From: Faecousia sp.
GTDB lineage: Bacteria; Bacillota; Clostridia; Oscillospirales; Oscillospiraceae
DNA: 64,000 nucleotides
Reading direction: 5' to 3'
Assembly (NCBI GenBank): GCA_045637585.1
Contig: JAZTZS010000021.1
Span: forward strand, 20,759-84,758
In this document: one piece after another, positions 10,601 through 18,984 of the stretch
How positions within the stretch are numbered: position 1 is the first letter of the stretch
Layout: each line of letters starts with the position of its first letter
Translations under genes and position numbers: made by a program
Notes under the pieces: generated by a model
Database searches by the model: none
Told to the model about the DNA's origin: nothing
The model's input: the letters and a program-made list of their open reading frames with translations, nothing else

Positions 10601-11826
10601 CCGATCTGGCAACCCCGTTCCGGCTGCGTGTAGAGGATGGCAGGCTGTATCAGGGCGAAGAAACTACCGCCATTGCAGAGCTGAATGCAGGCTGGAACAC
10701 GTTGACCTTCGATCTGGGACTGACCGGAGATAAGGCATCCGTAGCTATCAACGATGGCAAGGCTGTGGATCTGAAGATCAACACCGCGGAACTGGATTAC
10801 ATCTGCTACATCACCTTCATCGCTGAGACTGACATCCTTGTGGACGAGTTGCTGGTTGTCAGCGAAGATGAAGTAGTCCTCGCTGCTACTGAGGAAGACA
10901 AGGCAGCTGCAGACGCAGTTATCGACCTGATCGAGGCGATTGAAGATGCTGACGACAAGGTTGCTGCTATCGAGGCCGCAAGAGACGCATTTGACGCACT
11001 GACTCAGACCCAGGCTGATCTGGTGGACAGAAAGTCTCTGGCTGAGGATGCTCTGGTCAACTACTATGAACTCTTGGTCGCTGAAGAAGCTAAGATGGAA
11101 GAGTACGAAGTGGAAGCGGTCATTGAGAAGATCGACGCCATCGGTACTGTGACGCTGAACAGCAAGGAAGCCATCGAAGCTGCCCGTGCTGCCTATGACG
11201 CGCTGACCGCTGAGCAGAAGGAACTGGTAGAAAACTACGAGACTCTGACCGAGGCTGAAGCTGAACTGAAGGAGCTGCAGGATGCTGCCGGCCAGGCTGA
11301 GCTGGATCAGGCCGCTGCTAAGGCTGTGGATGACAAGATTGCTGCCATCGGTACTGTGACTCTGGAGAGCGAGGAAGCCATTGAAGCTGCCCGTGCTGCT
11401 TATGACGCACTGACTGCTGATCAGAAGAAGCTGGTAGAAAACTACGAGACTCTGACTAAGGCTGAAGCTGCGCTGAAGGAGCTGCAGGCTGCTGCCGAAA
11501 AGACTGCTGCCGACAATGCTGCTGCTGAGGCGGTAGAAAAGCAGATTGCTGCCATCGGTACTGTGACCAAGGACAGCAAGAAAGCCATTGAAGCTGCCCG
11601 TGCTGCTTATGACGCACTGACTCCTGATCAGAAGAAGCTGGTAGAAAACTACGAGACTCTGACCAAGGCTGAAGCTGAGCTGAAGAAGCTGCAGGCTGCT
11701 GACCAGCCCTCTAAGACTGGTGATACAATGCCTGTTATCGTTGTGAGTGTTGTATTGATCATCAGCTTGCTGGTTGTTAGCGTAATGCTGCTGCCCGATG
11801 TCCGTAAGAGACTGTTGGGTAGGTAA
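4606..11826 (+). CDS. Cell-wall-anchored multidomain Asp-box (BNR) sialidase-like glycoside hydrolase
   Basis: TTG start after a GAGGAG RBS and a signal peptide (MKQFKRAISF...ASA). A 360-aa N-terminal module is duplicated and starts with a CBM9-like DGKLxE. There are Ig-like and F5/8-like segments, five Asp-boxes (STDGGVTW, SDDGGKTW, TRDAGETW, SLDQGVTW, STDEGETF), helical C-terminal repeats, and PSKTGD + hydrophobic helix + basic tail. Confidence 0.8.
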   Translation: MKQFKRAISFVAVFAILFGLMPGIRLFTTASAASVVGDNFLHASYTEDGVTVDGKLDEALYRRTISLGGALKVSAAWDWKNLTLAFADTAAPAVTEIKVNGQAVTAEGVADTGREIQIPLASVGIGTPDLTKSYALSFKAGEVTWEGKLVFDTSNYATAAPAASQAYGVEFSADKWTAYMNVLTGSGDSESTGWRDFYWPAMANLASSATAPTIVEMDVTVNYLHDANEPAANQKGRDFLMGGFAFTVVDDAPMNGSNALEGIPAGLYKNGTDLKLVYWDGANGAYKSVVVDTYTAGKVYHLRLEYSYPGGTASLDANDNPANDLVNAKYFVNGKLVAVGENVKRNGTFASGAGNKILILAQNPTIQDAANTTPTDVTVANLSAVKPVTVEPPAGVGDLFLHAAYAADGITMDGKLTEAAWRMDYPLSRILSFGATWDWNNLYLGFATNDGSRVLSFTDMTINGKTYITDGTYDADTREYAFPLAEIGIGEPDFGKTYKISFKQNGVLWEGNLVFDTRPYLSSAPATSQAYGTAFSPDGWTADMHVKTGSGETDATGWRDLYWPTIANLASSLEAATVVDMDVTVNYLPDADEPSAAQKGRDFLMGGLAFTVVDDVTVTSNSATEAIPAGIYRDGDDLKLVYWDGDQGRYVSVAFDTYGVGQKYHLRIEYSYTAGSAGLAENDTPNNDKVAARYFVNGILVAEAGNVKRNGSYGVANPNTIMLLSQNLTNQMTTDAESTNVVVSKLSVGKPQELEKPTDLEDLTPEYIFGRIDLNHVRTKLSLVAEFVGESGTTYPLTWVIGDETVVAADGKVTRHETEAKSTTITLKVEDQELWTVTVTVDPLSAVDQASPENADAAFSASQIVIDGSLSEEGWRMGGRVLDDKDVIFAEYGFQWNQTTLFAAVDFADDLGALVLNLNGKEFTLADGKLLLGGVEVTEATVAVKGGTVEIAVPMQSLGMGEKISEYGKSMDVTVKAGTFTGAIKKLGLSGVDYFATDNREHAAPTSGMKSNDAEHGIDILENGYRLYDLYKEGGSNNKTEIRSYILYNKLPIYLENFEDRTNAFRVEFDFVADKMPLQNEEHFNTSAFSNSGFSWSLGELANDRKDAWTAVCGIMNTENGLEFVVQANAGHILVPLNKTLGQQFHIAVEWYQDDHMDLYIDGVLIKSLAGVSKYTNGVGNASLCINMKRVKIAPTSSADDFDVTMTNLALGKVFNNEDILNQVTFETIKGTNTAEGEIIADLILPAKITNGQLDKEFDITWVSSNPDVVNPETGKVTRPQQGVAIVELTATLANGAAKEFDLIVHGLATTNDGVLYRESDKNPAKGTGIAFEGLLFTFDTSNNSIIRDLGAKQKVNVAVLNDGDDKARLNAQSLTLWVSDDNVTYTQVESFKLLHIGEQWYLYDFEAEARYVKVHYTHFDGGEADFIGAYGTMIDARYEEVFGGCEATFTSGEYTLTNTTGKTQKDYAWTISKEALGITGSDASIRISLNGELLYHYVDGENVIVRIPDVAAGASVKLTVQQSTSEELMDIANKEAVHEVVYGYVETYAESRKWLMTLPAGTVFADGTKLEEETLFGMGYNAFYTSTDGGVTWSDATKIFNNAPAGKIAVDKMSDGGLFFDDVTGRIMFQTYHKYKTFNALDMNDSHMETFILASDDGGKTWYLMSTLPCACDAQYAGTNVPKYALSYTDPIKLSTYDGNGDGVDFVFPLGSQYDNTGAFACRVAYTRDAGETWLYSQTQITYPATGSEGGCSEAYIVERDDGVLVLHVRCQAAGSYHFKVCYSLDQGVTWTNEHYMTDYYATNGQAMIKRVEVNGVETFMSIWQGNNALNGASYIRSPLNIAISTDEGETFNNVQNLASKTYLEGYDYRWRTYMTNQSVAKFGDDNLKLTYRRSPMGDYIVVNAYDFDTWYTRTKGAYDDFEHGVVQYEGWSVLGGSAELTTANAQGKYSMKIGANGSVVTRSIPGTSDGKISVDVFVAENGKFTLSLQNAFNPAYTDLATPFRLRVEDGRLYQGEETTAIAELNAGWNTLTFDLGLTGDKASVAINDGKAVDLKINTAELDYICYITFIAETDILVDELLVVSEDEVVLAATEEDKAAADAVIDLIEAIEDADDKVAAIEAARDAFDALTQTQADLVDRKSLAEDALVNYYELLVAEEAKMEEYEVEAVIEKIDAIGTVTLNSKEAIEAARAAYDALTAEQKELVENYETLTEAEAELKELQDAAGQAELDQAAAKAVDDKIAAIGTVTLESEEAIEAARAAYDALTADQKKLVENYETLTKAEAALKELQAAAEKTAADNAAAEAVEKQIAAIGTVTKDSKKAIEAARAAYDALTPDQKKLVENYETLTKAEAELKKLQAADQPSKTGDTMPVIVVSVVLIISLLVVSVMLLPDVRKRLLGR
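4711..6858 (+). repeat. Intragenic tandem duplication with a 1,080-bp period
   Basis: VGDNFLHASY (4711) matches VGDLFLHAAY (5791). Both copies share SQAYG, TGWRDxYWP, QKGRDFLMGG, DLKLVYWDG, YHLRxEYSY and YFVNG. Confidence 0.9.
11110..11700 (+). repeat. Three near-identical stalk repeats AIGTVT...EAARAAYDALT...LVENYETLTxAEA
   Basis: Repeated DNA gccatcggtactgtgac...gaagctgcccgtgctgc...ctggtagaaaactacgagactctgac. Confidence 0.9.
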
Positions 11827-11850
11827 TCTCAATAAAACCAATCAATAGCA

Positions 11851-11888
11851 ACCCCCCGGTCGGGGTAACCGAACCGGGAGCCTTTTTG
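11851..11888 (+). terminator. Probable terminator
   Basis: cccggtcgg-ggtaa-ccgaaccggg followed by ttttt. Confidence 0.55.
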
Positions 11889-12055
11889 TATAAGAATACC
11901 ACCGGCACGGCCGGTGGTTATGATTTCACCGACTGCAAAAATATAGATATAGTCCGGTCACCGGCACCAAAACGCGCCCGATTTGGCAGAGAACGGGCAT
12001 CTTTTTGCCGTAAATGGTGGAAGTTTCGAACATTCTCTAAATAGCGGTGGAAGCA

Positions 12056-12084
12056 TTGACACGGCTTGAGTAATATCGTATACT
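12056..12084 (+). promoter_or_regulatory. sigma-A-type promoter
   Basis: TTGACA-17-TATACT upstream of 12117. Confidence 0.75.
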
Positions 12085-12116
12085 TGAATTATTCCATTAC
12101 ATAAGGTGGTCTTGCA

Positions 12117-13733
12117 ATGGCACAGAGAATGTACATCAATGTCAATGGCGAATACGGACTCACCAGTAGCGGTAAAAAAGGCTGGGCGACAGCCAAGGAG
12201 CTTCTGACAGAAATGGACCGGTTGGGTATTTGGCAGACAGTGCTGGAATTTACCGGCGCTTGCAATTCGCTGTACCGGGCTAAAACAATGCTGAAGGATA
12301 TTGCGGCTTTGGATTGCCCAAGAGAGCGGGTCATTCCCTGTTTCACCGTAGAACCTGGTTTGATATTCCAGACCGGGGCTTTGGATGAAATGGTGCAGAT
12401 TATGGAAAACAACCGTCCGTTCTGTGTGTCATTGCGCCCGATTGCCTGCGGTAAGTTCCCATTAAAGGCAATTGAGGAAGTTTTTGAGCGGATTAGCCAT
12501 TTGAACCCGGTGGTCATGATCAGTGTAAATCAGGTCGTTTGTAAGGATAAGGGGTCTGATGATCTGGTTTGGTTGGCAGAGCGGTTTCCTAACTTCTGTT
12601 TTGTGATTCGGGAGTTCTATTACAGCGATATGTCCTTTATCTACAATACCCTGCGCCGTGCAAAAAATATCTACATGGATATGTCCATGGATCAAAGTAT
12701 GCATGCCATTGAGATCGCCTGTGAGCATTTTGGCGGACATCGGGTTTTGTTTGGACAGAGCCTGTACCCCAACGGCGGCGCATCCATGGGTGCCATCGAG
12801 TACGCGGAAATTTCTGAGGAAACCAAGGAGATGATCCGCTGCCGCAACTTTATCAATCTGTTCGCCGACCAAAAGGACAGAGATTATTTGACCCGGAATC
12901 TGCGGGCCATTGAAGATAAGGTGGCAAACAGCTTTTGGAGACCCTTTGTCGAAGGCAAGGGCGTTACACAGGCAGAGCTTTATGATTCCCATTGCCATTT
13001 GGGCTACACCAGCAGCGACGGGTATGTCCGTAATCTAACCTATGAAAGCCAGATCGCCCAGTATGAAGAGGATGCAGCGCGCTTCAATATCAAGATGTTT
13101 GTGAACAGCGCTATTGGAACCCGGGATCCTATTGCCCAGCATGCAGAGAGCGAAGCGGCAGTTCTGCCCAAAAAAGATATGTTCCGGGGCTATGTGATAT
13201 ATAATCCCAATATGGAGGAACTGTACACCGACGAATACCTGGCTGAACGGTTTGCTACCGGTTATTATGTAGGACTAAAGTCGTTGCCTATTTATGTGAA
13301 AACGGATATTGATGACAAGCGCTATGAGCGAATGTTCCAGTATGCCCACGACCACAGGCTGGTGATTCTGCTGCACACAGAAACAATCAGGGCTACGCCT
13401 ATGCGATGTGCGGAAATGGCAGCCCGATATCCGGATTGCAAGGTAATTCTGGGTCACTCCGGCATGTTTGACGAGGGTAGAGCGGAGTGTGAAGTGATCG
13501 CACAAGATCCCAAGTACAGCAATGTGTATTTTGAAATCTGTGGCAGCTTCCTTTGTAATAAGAAATGGGCTGAATCTCTGCCGTATATCGACTACCGCAG
13601 GATCCTCTACGGTACGGACGCACCTATTCACTCGGTGGTGTGGGAGCTGGGAAAGCTTCTGTCGGAAGACATTCCTGATGAACAACTGACGGCAATTCTG
13701 GGCGAAAACGCCAGGGAGTTGTTTGGATTCTAA
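12117..13733 (+). CDS. Amidohydrolase family protein with two tandem amidohydrolase_2-like domains
   Basis: The C-half has DSHCHLG, LLHT, ILGHSG, YGTDAP and LGENARELF. The N-half is a degenerate copy (INVNGEYG, RVLFGQSLY, RNFINLF). Confidence 0.8.
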   Translation: MAQRMYINVNGEYGLTSSGKKGWATAKELLTEMDRLGIWQTVLEFTGACNSLYRAKTMLKDIAALDCPRERVIPCFTVEPGLIFQTGALDEMVQIMENNRPFCVSLRPIACGKFPLKAIEEVFERISHLNPVVMISVNQVVCKDKGSDDLVWLAERFPNFCFVIREFYYSDMSFIYNTLRRAKNIYMDMSMDQSMHAIEIACEHFGGHRVLFGQSLYPNGGASMGAIEYAEISEETKEMIRCRNFINLFADQKDRDYLTRNLRAIEDKVANSFWRPFVEGKGVTQAELYDSHCHLGYTSSDGYVRNLTYESQIAQYEEDAARFNIKMFVNSAIGTRDPIAQHAESEAAVLPKKDMFRGYVIYNPNMEELYTDEYLAERFATGYYVGLKSLPIYVKTDIDDKRYERMFQYAHDHRLVILLHTETIRATPMRCAEMAARYPDCKVILGHSGMFDEGRAECEVIAQDPKYSNVYFEICGSFLCNKKWAESLPYIDYRRILYGTDAPIHSVVWELGKLLSEDIPDEQLTAILGENARELFGF

Positions 13734-13763
13734 GAGTAATTGCCAAGGATAAGGAGAATGTTT

Positions 13764-14768
13764 ATGAAAGTTATCGTATGTACCGGTGACTCCCACACCT
13801 GCGGAGAGGGCGCAGATGATATTTTGAGCATCAACAAGCCGAGAAGGCCCAATCGCCGCTATGATACAGACGGTAAGGGAATTGCTAAGCTTAACTGCAA
13901 TTTTAAAGACCCCAGCTATGTGAATCTGCTGCGGGATTATGTAATGAAGGAGACAGGTTCCAGGTATTCTCTGGATACCTGCGATATGCTGGCAGCTAGG
14001 TTTCATAGTCCGGTGGAGGACGAATACTGCTTGATGGAGCAGGCTTGGACACTGGAAAACACATGGGACATGATGTTTGTGTGCGTAGGTGAACAAAAGG
14101 AAACGGCGGAGCTTGCAATCTATCTGGATGGCAAGCTGGACAGAGTAGAGACGCTTTTTGCGGCAGTGACCCGGTATGACGATTGGTCCTTGCGCAAACT
14201 GCCCATTGCGTGCAAAGGAGTCAAAGAAGTAAAACTGATGCCAATATCCGGCAAGGTGTATATTCGGCAGATTCATTATGCTGCCGGTGAGTATGCTGTA
14301 CTGAATTCCGGAGTAGGCTCTTGTACCACAAAGCGGTATATGGAGGAGTGCTTCTCTTACTGCGTGGAGGACCTGAACCCGGCCATCGTGGTTGCTGAAG
14401 CGCATACCATCAATGACTGGATCCATTATAAGACCGCCCAGGAGCACTGCGACACCTTAAAGGAACTGATCGGCAGATATCAGCATTTGGGGGCGAAAGT
14501 GGTATTTACAACTGTGTCACCGATTGTGGGCGTGCAGGAAAATGACGCCGGTGTTCTTTATAAGGACTTTGTTGATGCTTCCCTCCAGGCGGCTGCGGAT
14601 ACAGGTGTGCTTCTTGTGAACTCACATCAGCACTTTATAGATGCGCTGGCGCCGATCCCCGAGGAAGAGCAGTATGATTACATGTTTGTGGATATATGGC
14701 ATGTTGGCGCAAGGGGGCACAAACTCTATGCAGATAGGATCTGGGATACTTTGAAGGAACTGCTATGA
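13764..14768 (+). CDS. SGNH/GDSL hydrolase
   Basis: Blocks GDSHT, NSGVGS, HTINDW and DIWH. AAGGAG RBS lies 7 nt before ATG 13764. Confidence 0.85.
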   Translation: MKVIVCTGDSHTCGEGADDILSINKPRRPNRRYDTDGKGIAKLNCNFKDPSYVNLLRDYVMKETGSRYSLDTCDMLAARFHSPVEDEYCLMEQAWTLENTWDMMFVCVGEQKETAELAIYLDGKLDRVETLFAAVTRYDDWSLRKLPIACKGVKEVKLMPISGKVYIRQIHYAAGEYAVLNSGVGSCTTKRYMEECFSYCVEDLNPAIVVAEAHTINDWIHYKTAQEHCDTLKELIGRYQHLGAKVVFTTVSPIVGVQENDAGVLYKDFVDASLQAAADTGVLLVNSHQHFIDALAPIPEEEQYDYMFVDIWHVGARGHKLYADRIWDTLKELL

Positions 14769-14821
14769 TCAGTAAATGTGATTTCCATTGCGGTGGCTAC
14801 ATTCATTGAGGGGGATTTATA

Positions 14822-15661
14822 ATGCGAAAAAGGCTGTGTTGGGGACTGCTTTTTGTGTTAGTGTTGTTTCTCAGTGCCTGCACAGGCGCATTTTCGGCGG
14901 GCGGCAACACGACCTTGCCAACAGACGAAATCCCGACTACAGAGTCTACTGTTGAAGATAGTACGGCATCAGTCACCACAAGCATACCGGAAACCACACA
15001 GGAAGAAACGGAAACAACTGCACCTGCGCACACGCCACTGTATCTTCCCCAGTACACAGCCCAACAGATTATGGAATATTTTGAAGAAGTTGTGCTGGAT
15101 ATTGAGTACACTGACGGGACGGGGGATGCGACGCTTGTACAGAAGTGGAAGGAACCGATCCGTTATCGAGTATTCGGAATGCCCACGGATGAAGATCTTG
15201 CGGTGTTAGAGACCTTGTTTGCACAGTTGAATGAGATTTCGGGCTTCCCGGGAATCTACGCTGCTGCGGATGAGGAGCCGGGCAATCTGACAATCAGGTT
15301 CTTGGAGCCGGAGGCTTTTCGTGCCAACTTCGCTACATTACTCAACGGCGAAGATGCCTATGGAGCGGTGCAGTTTTGGTACTATACAGATAGCAATGAA
15401 ATTTACACGGCAAACGTGGGTTATCGCGCAGATATTGACCAAAGTACCCGCATATCGGTATTGCTTGAAGAGATCGTCAACATGCTAGGCATCACAGATA
15501 CAATACAGCGAACAGACAGTATCGTCTATCAGTATTCAAATGATAATACTGCCTTAAGCGATATAGACTGGTTAATTTTAAAGCTGTTATACGATCCGGC
15601 AATTCAATGTGGCATGGGTTTTGACAGTTGCAGAGCGATCATACAGCAACTGTATTATTAA
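14822..15661 (+). CDS. Lipoprotein, DUF2927-like
   Basis: Lipobox LSAC, a Thr/Glu-rich linker, and a C-terminal LLEEIVNMLG...DSI...LLYDP pattern. Confidence 0.65.
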   Translation: MRKRLCWGLLFVLVLFLSACTGAFSAGGNTTLPTDEIPTTESTVEDSTASVTTSIPETTQEETETTAPAHTPLYLPQYTAQQIMEYFEEVVLDIEYTDGTGDATLVQKWKEPIRYRVFGMPTDEDLAVLETLFAQLNEISGFPGIYAAADEEPGNLTIRFLEPEAFRANFATLLNGEDAYGAVQFWYYTDSNEIYTANVGYRADIDQSTRISVLLEEIVNMLGITDTIQRTDSIVYQYSNDNTALSDIDWLILKLLYDPAIQCGMGFDSCRAIIQQLYY

Positions 15662-15680
15662 CAGCCTTAAAACCCCAAAT

Positions 15681-15713
15681 AAGAGGGAGGTACCGGCCTT
15701 CCTCTTGTTTTTT
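15681..15713 (+). terminator. Rho-independent terminator
   Basis: aagagggagg-taccgg-ccttcctctt followed by a T-run. Confidence 0.75.
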
Positions 15714-15889
15714 CACTGTGCGGAAAAGTTTGTTGTTTCTGGATACTGCGGAAGGCTGTATAGAGATGTATATTTATACTTAAAAAACGAAAAAACAATT
15801 GACTTAAGTTTATTGATATGATAAATTATACGCAAAGTTTGCATTGCAAAAAGTATCCGGTATTACAGAGGAAAGAAAAATAGGAGGAA

Positions 15890-17467
15890 ATGATCATGGA
15901 TGGAAACACTATACAAATTCTGATTGCTATGGCTGTCTATATGGTTGTGGTTATAGTAATCGGTGTGCTTTATGCGAAGCGGGCTAACAAAAACTCTGAG
16001 GAGTACTTTCTGGGTGGCCGTTCTCTGGGGCCTTGGATCACGGCGATGAGCGCAGAGGCTTCCGATATGAGCGGCTGGCTTCTGATGGGACTGCCCGGAG
16101 TTGCATACTGGTGCGGTCTTGCAGATGCTTTCTGGACCGCCTTTGGTCTGGCAGTAGGTACTTATCTAAACTGGCTGATTGTGTCCAAGCGGCTGCGGCG
16201 GTACAGTGTGCGGGCGAATAATTCTATTACCCTGCCGGAGTTTTTCTCCAACCGGTTCCGGGAAGAGAAAAAAACAATTATGTTGATTTCAGCAGTGTTT
16301 ATTTTGATCTTCTTCACGGTTTATGCGGCCAGCTGTTTTGTCACATGCGGCAAACTTTTCTCCACGCTGTTCGGTACGCCCTATATTTCCATGCTGATTG
16401 TTGGCGCGGTTTTTGTATTGCTGTACACACTGTTGGGCGGATTCCTCGCGGAAAGTGTTTCGGACTTTATGCAGGCGATCGTCATGATCGTAGCGCTTAC
16501 GGCAATCGTGGTGATCAGCACTATAAAGGCGGGCGGTGTTGGTACGGTACTGGAAAATGCCCGAGAGATCCCCGGCTTTTTCGAGTTCTTCGGACTGGCG
16601 ACGCCGGCGCTTGATGCAAACAACCAACAGCTTATAGAAAACGGCATGCCGGTATTCGGCGAGACTGCAGACTACGGTCTTCTGTCCGTTTGCTCTATGC
16701 TGGCATGGGGTCTTGGCTATTTTGGTATGCCTCAAGTCCTGCTTCGCTTTATGGCGATTCGCAGAGAAGACGAGCTGAACCGCTCTCGCCGGATCGCAAT
16801 GGTATGGGTCGTAATCTCCCTTAGCGTTGCTGTGTTCATCGGCATCGTTGGACGGCAGGTTTTCCCCCTTGCGCATCTGACAAAGTCTGCATCAGAGAAT
16901 ATCTTTATTACCCTGGCGACCAGTTCTCTGCCGCCCCTTTTGGCTGGCTTTGTTATGGCCGGTATTTTGGCGGCAACGATCAGCTCTTCCGATTCCTATC
17001 TGCTGATTGCTGCGTCGGCTTTTGCGAAGAACATCTTCCAGGGCATCTGCAAGAAGAATGCTACAGACAAGCAGGTTATGCTTGTTTCCCGTGTTACGCT
17101 GTTGGTGCTGGCACTGGTGGGTATTGTGATTGCACTGGATGAAAACAGTGTGATCTTCCAAATCGTTTCCTTTGCATGGGCTGGTTTTGGCGCCACCTTT
17201 GGACCGCTGATGCTGCTGTCCCTGTTCTGGAAACGCACCAACAAGGCCGGTGCCATCGCTGGCATGGTAGGCGGTGCCGGTATGGTGTTCTTCTGGAAGC
17301 TGGTAATCAGCAAGCTTGGCGGTGCGTTTGCCATTTATGAGCTGCTGCCTGCTTTCATCTTCTCCGGCATTTGCATCGTGGTTGTCTCGCTGTTGACTAA
17401 GGCGCCGTCAAAAGAAATCGTCGAGGACTTTGAGGCGGTTCGTGCGGGAACCAGCCAAGAGGCATAA
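15890..17467 (+). CDS. putP: Sodium/proline symporter (SSS family)
   Basis: YFLGGRSLG, SAEASDMSGWLLMGLPG, WGLGYFGMPQ and SFAWAGFGATFGP, with many TM helices. Confidence 0.9.
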   Translation: MIMDGNTIQILIAMAVYMVVVIVIGVLYAKRANKNSEEYFLGGRSLGPWITAMSAEASDMSGWLLMGLPGVAYWCGLADAFWTAFGLAVGTYLNWLIVSKRLRRYSVRANNSITLPEFFSNRFREEKKTIMLISAVFILIFFTVYAASCFVTCGKLFSTLFGTPYISMLIVGAVFVLLYTLLGGFLAESVSDFMQAIVMIVALTAIVVISTIKAGGVGTVLENAREIPGFFEFFGLATPALDANNQQLIENGMPVFGETADYGLLSVCSMLAWGLGYFGMPQVLLRFMAIRREDELNRSRRIAMVWVVISLSVAVFIGIVGRQVFPLAHLTKSASENIFITLATSSLPPLLAGFVMAGILAATISSSDSYLLIAASAFAKNIFQGICKKNATDKQVMLVSRVTLLVLALVGIVIALDENSVIFQIVSFAWAGFGATFGPLMLLSLFWKRTNKAGAIAGMVGGAGMVFFWKLVISKLGGAFAIYELLPAFIFSGICIVVVSLLTKAPSKEIVEDFEAVRAGTSQEA

Positions 17468-17554
17468 TCTAGACCGGTGCAGCCATTTATACGCAGAGCG
17501 ATGGACAGTATCTGAAACAAATCATAGCGCAAGTCCGTTATGAACACTTGAATC

Positions 17555-17592
17555 AAAATATACCGACCCCAAAAGGGGCCGGTATATTTTTT
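17555..17592. terminator. Bidirectional terminator between putP and citXG
   Basis: aaaatataccgacccc-aaaa-ggggccggtatatttt. Confidence 0.75.
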
Positions 17593-17642
17593 GCAGCAAA
17601 TAAGCAGGGAGCGGGGGAGGGAGCGAGTACCTTATACATAGG

Positions 17643-18983
17643 TTATGACTCCCTGATTAAAAGATATAGGAAATAAGTCAGAGCCAGCAAGTCGGCGCTG
17701 CCGCCGGGGGAGAGGTTTTGGGCGATGAAGGTATCGTCTAATTCTTTCAGAACCTCCCGGGAAGGGTAGGGATGCTGCTGCAACAGCCGGGCAATATTTG
17801 CAGAGACTTCCTGCTGGGTGTGCAGGCTGCTGCGGTGGATGAGGTTAGTGTCCTGCGTGGAAGCCAGCAGAGCAAGCAAAGAAGCACATCCGGCATCATT
17901 CAAAGACAGGCCTTTTTCCAAACCTTTTTCCAGCGTGGACAAGCCGGCCAACTGCACTTGGGGAAATCCGGCTTCTGCCTGTCCGCGCACACCGGTAATG
18001 CCATGCTGGGCATAGAGGGCTTCACCGGTCGTGGCGGCATTCTGGGGGGTGACATTCCGAAAGTCCTGAGTGATCAAATTGCGGGTCATTTCTGCACATA
18101 AGCGCAGGACGGCATCTACATTTCGCTGCTCCGGAAGTAAGCGGCCAGCAGCAGCGCAGAGAATACCCAGGCTGAAAATAATGCCTTTATGGGTGTTTAT
18201 ACCATGAGTGGCCTGATTCATTGCGGCCTCTGCCAGCTTGCCGGGGAAACGCAAATGGGAAAAAACTGCCTGCGGCTCCATATGACGGCTTTCCATGCCT
18301 ATCCGGGCGCAACGGGCGAAATATGGCTGCAGGGCAGCAGCGCTGGCCATAAAGGTAAAAATATCCATGTCCTGATGGCTACCGTTGTTGCGACAGTCTA
18401 CCAGACCCGGCTTGGGAGTGGTGCATACCTCAAAAAGCAGGCTTTGCTGAGCCAACTGCCCAATATGCTCCCAATCCTCCTGCTCCATAGCTTCCCGAAG
18501 CAGAGCGGTGGTTTTTGCCTGCAGCTCCGCCACAGAATGGGCACGGCTGCGGCCGCAAATACAGGCGGGTTTGTCGCAAATCAGACATTTTCTTTGGGGA
18601 AAGCCAAATTCCTCCCGCTGCAGTTTTCTGCCGCAGGCATCCAGCACATCCATGTCAAACAGCCGCGCCACCGGTGCACTGTCCTCAATTTGCAGGGCGC
18701 GTAGTTTGAGCGTTTCCGCCGGTGCGTCTACCACATAGAATGCCTCACAGCCGGTATGAAGTTCCTGTGTTTCCTGGTGCAATACGGGAAGGTCAGACAG
18801 CTGCACAGCAAGCCAGCGGTTTCCGCATGCAAAGCCCCAGCGGATAAGCGCATTGTACTTCTCCGGCCCTGCGATGTTCATGGTAAAGCAGAGGGTGGGC
18901 TTACCGTATTGGGCGAGGAGCGCCTGCTGCTTTATAACACGCCGCTCTCTGGCATCCAGAATCTCTTGTAATGTGACTTCCAT
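17643..18983 (-). CDS. citXG: Fused holo-ACP synthase CitX / triphosphoribosyl-dephospho-CoA synthase CitG
   Basis: N-terminal LDARERR, RLFDMDVL and RKCLIC...CGRSRAH (CitX); C-terminal TPKPGLVD, NTHKG and LSPGGSADLL (CitG). Confidence 0.92.
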   Translation of the reverse strand: MEVTLQEILDARERRVIKQQALLAQYGKPTLCFTMNIAGPEKYNALIRWGFACGNRWLAVQLSDLPVLHQETQELHTGCEAFYVVDAPAETLKLRALQIEDSAPVARLFDMDVLDACGRKLQREEFGFPQRKCLICDKPACICGRSRAHSVAELQAKTTALLREAMEQEDWEHIGQLAQQSLLFEVCTTPKPGLVDCRNNGSHQDMDIFTFMASAAALQPYFARCARIGMESRHMEPQAVFSHLRFPGKLAEAAMNQATHGINTHKGIIFSLGILCAAAGRLLPEQRNVDAVLRLCAEMTRNLITQDFRNVTPQNAATTGEALYAQHGITGVRGQAEAGFPQVQLAGLSTLEKGLEKGLSLNDAGCASLLALLASTQDTNLIHRSSLHTQQEVSANIARLLQQHPYPSREVLKELDDTFIAQNLSPGGSADLLALTYFLYLLIRES

Positions 18984-18984
18984 A

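Noticed and set aside
6787-11841. 1,684-aa antisense ORF
   Set aside because: Shadow of the strongly codon-biased Asp-box gene; no recognisable motifs.
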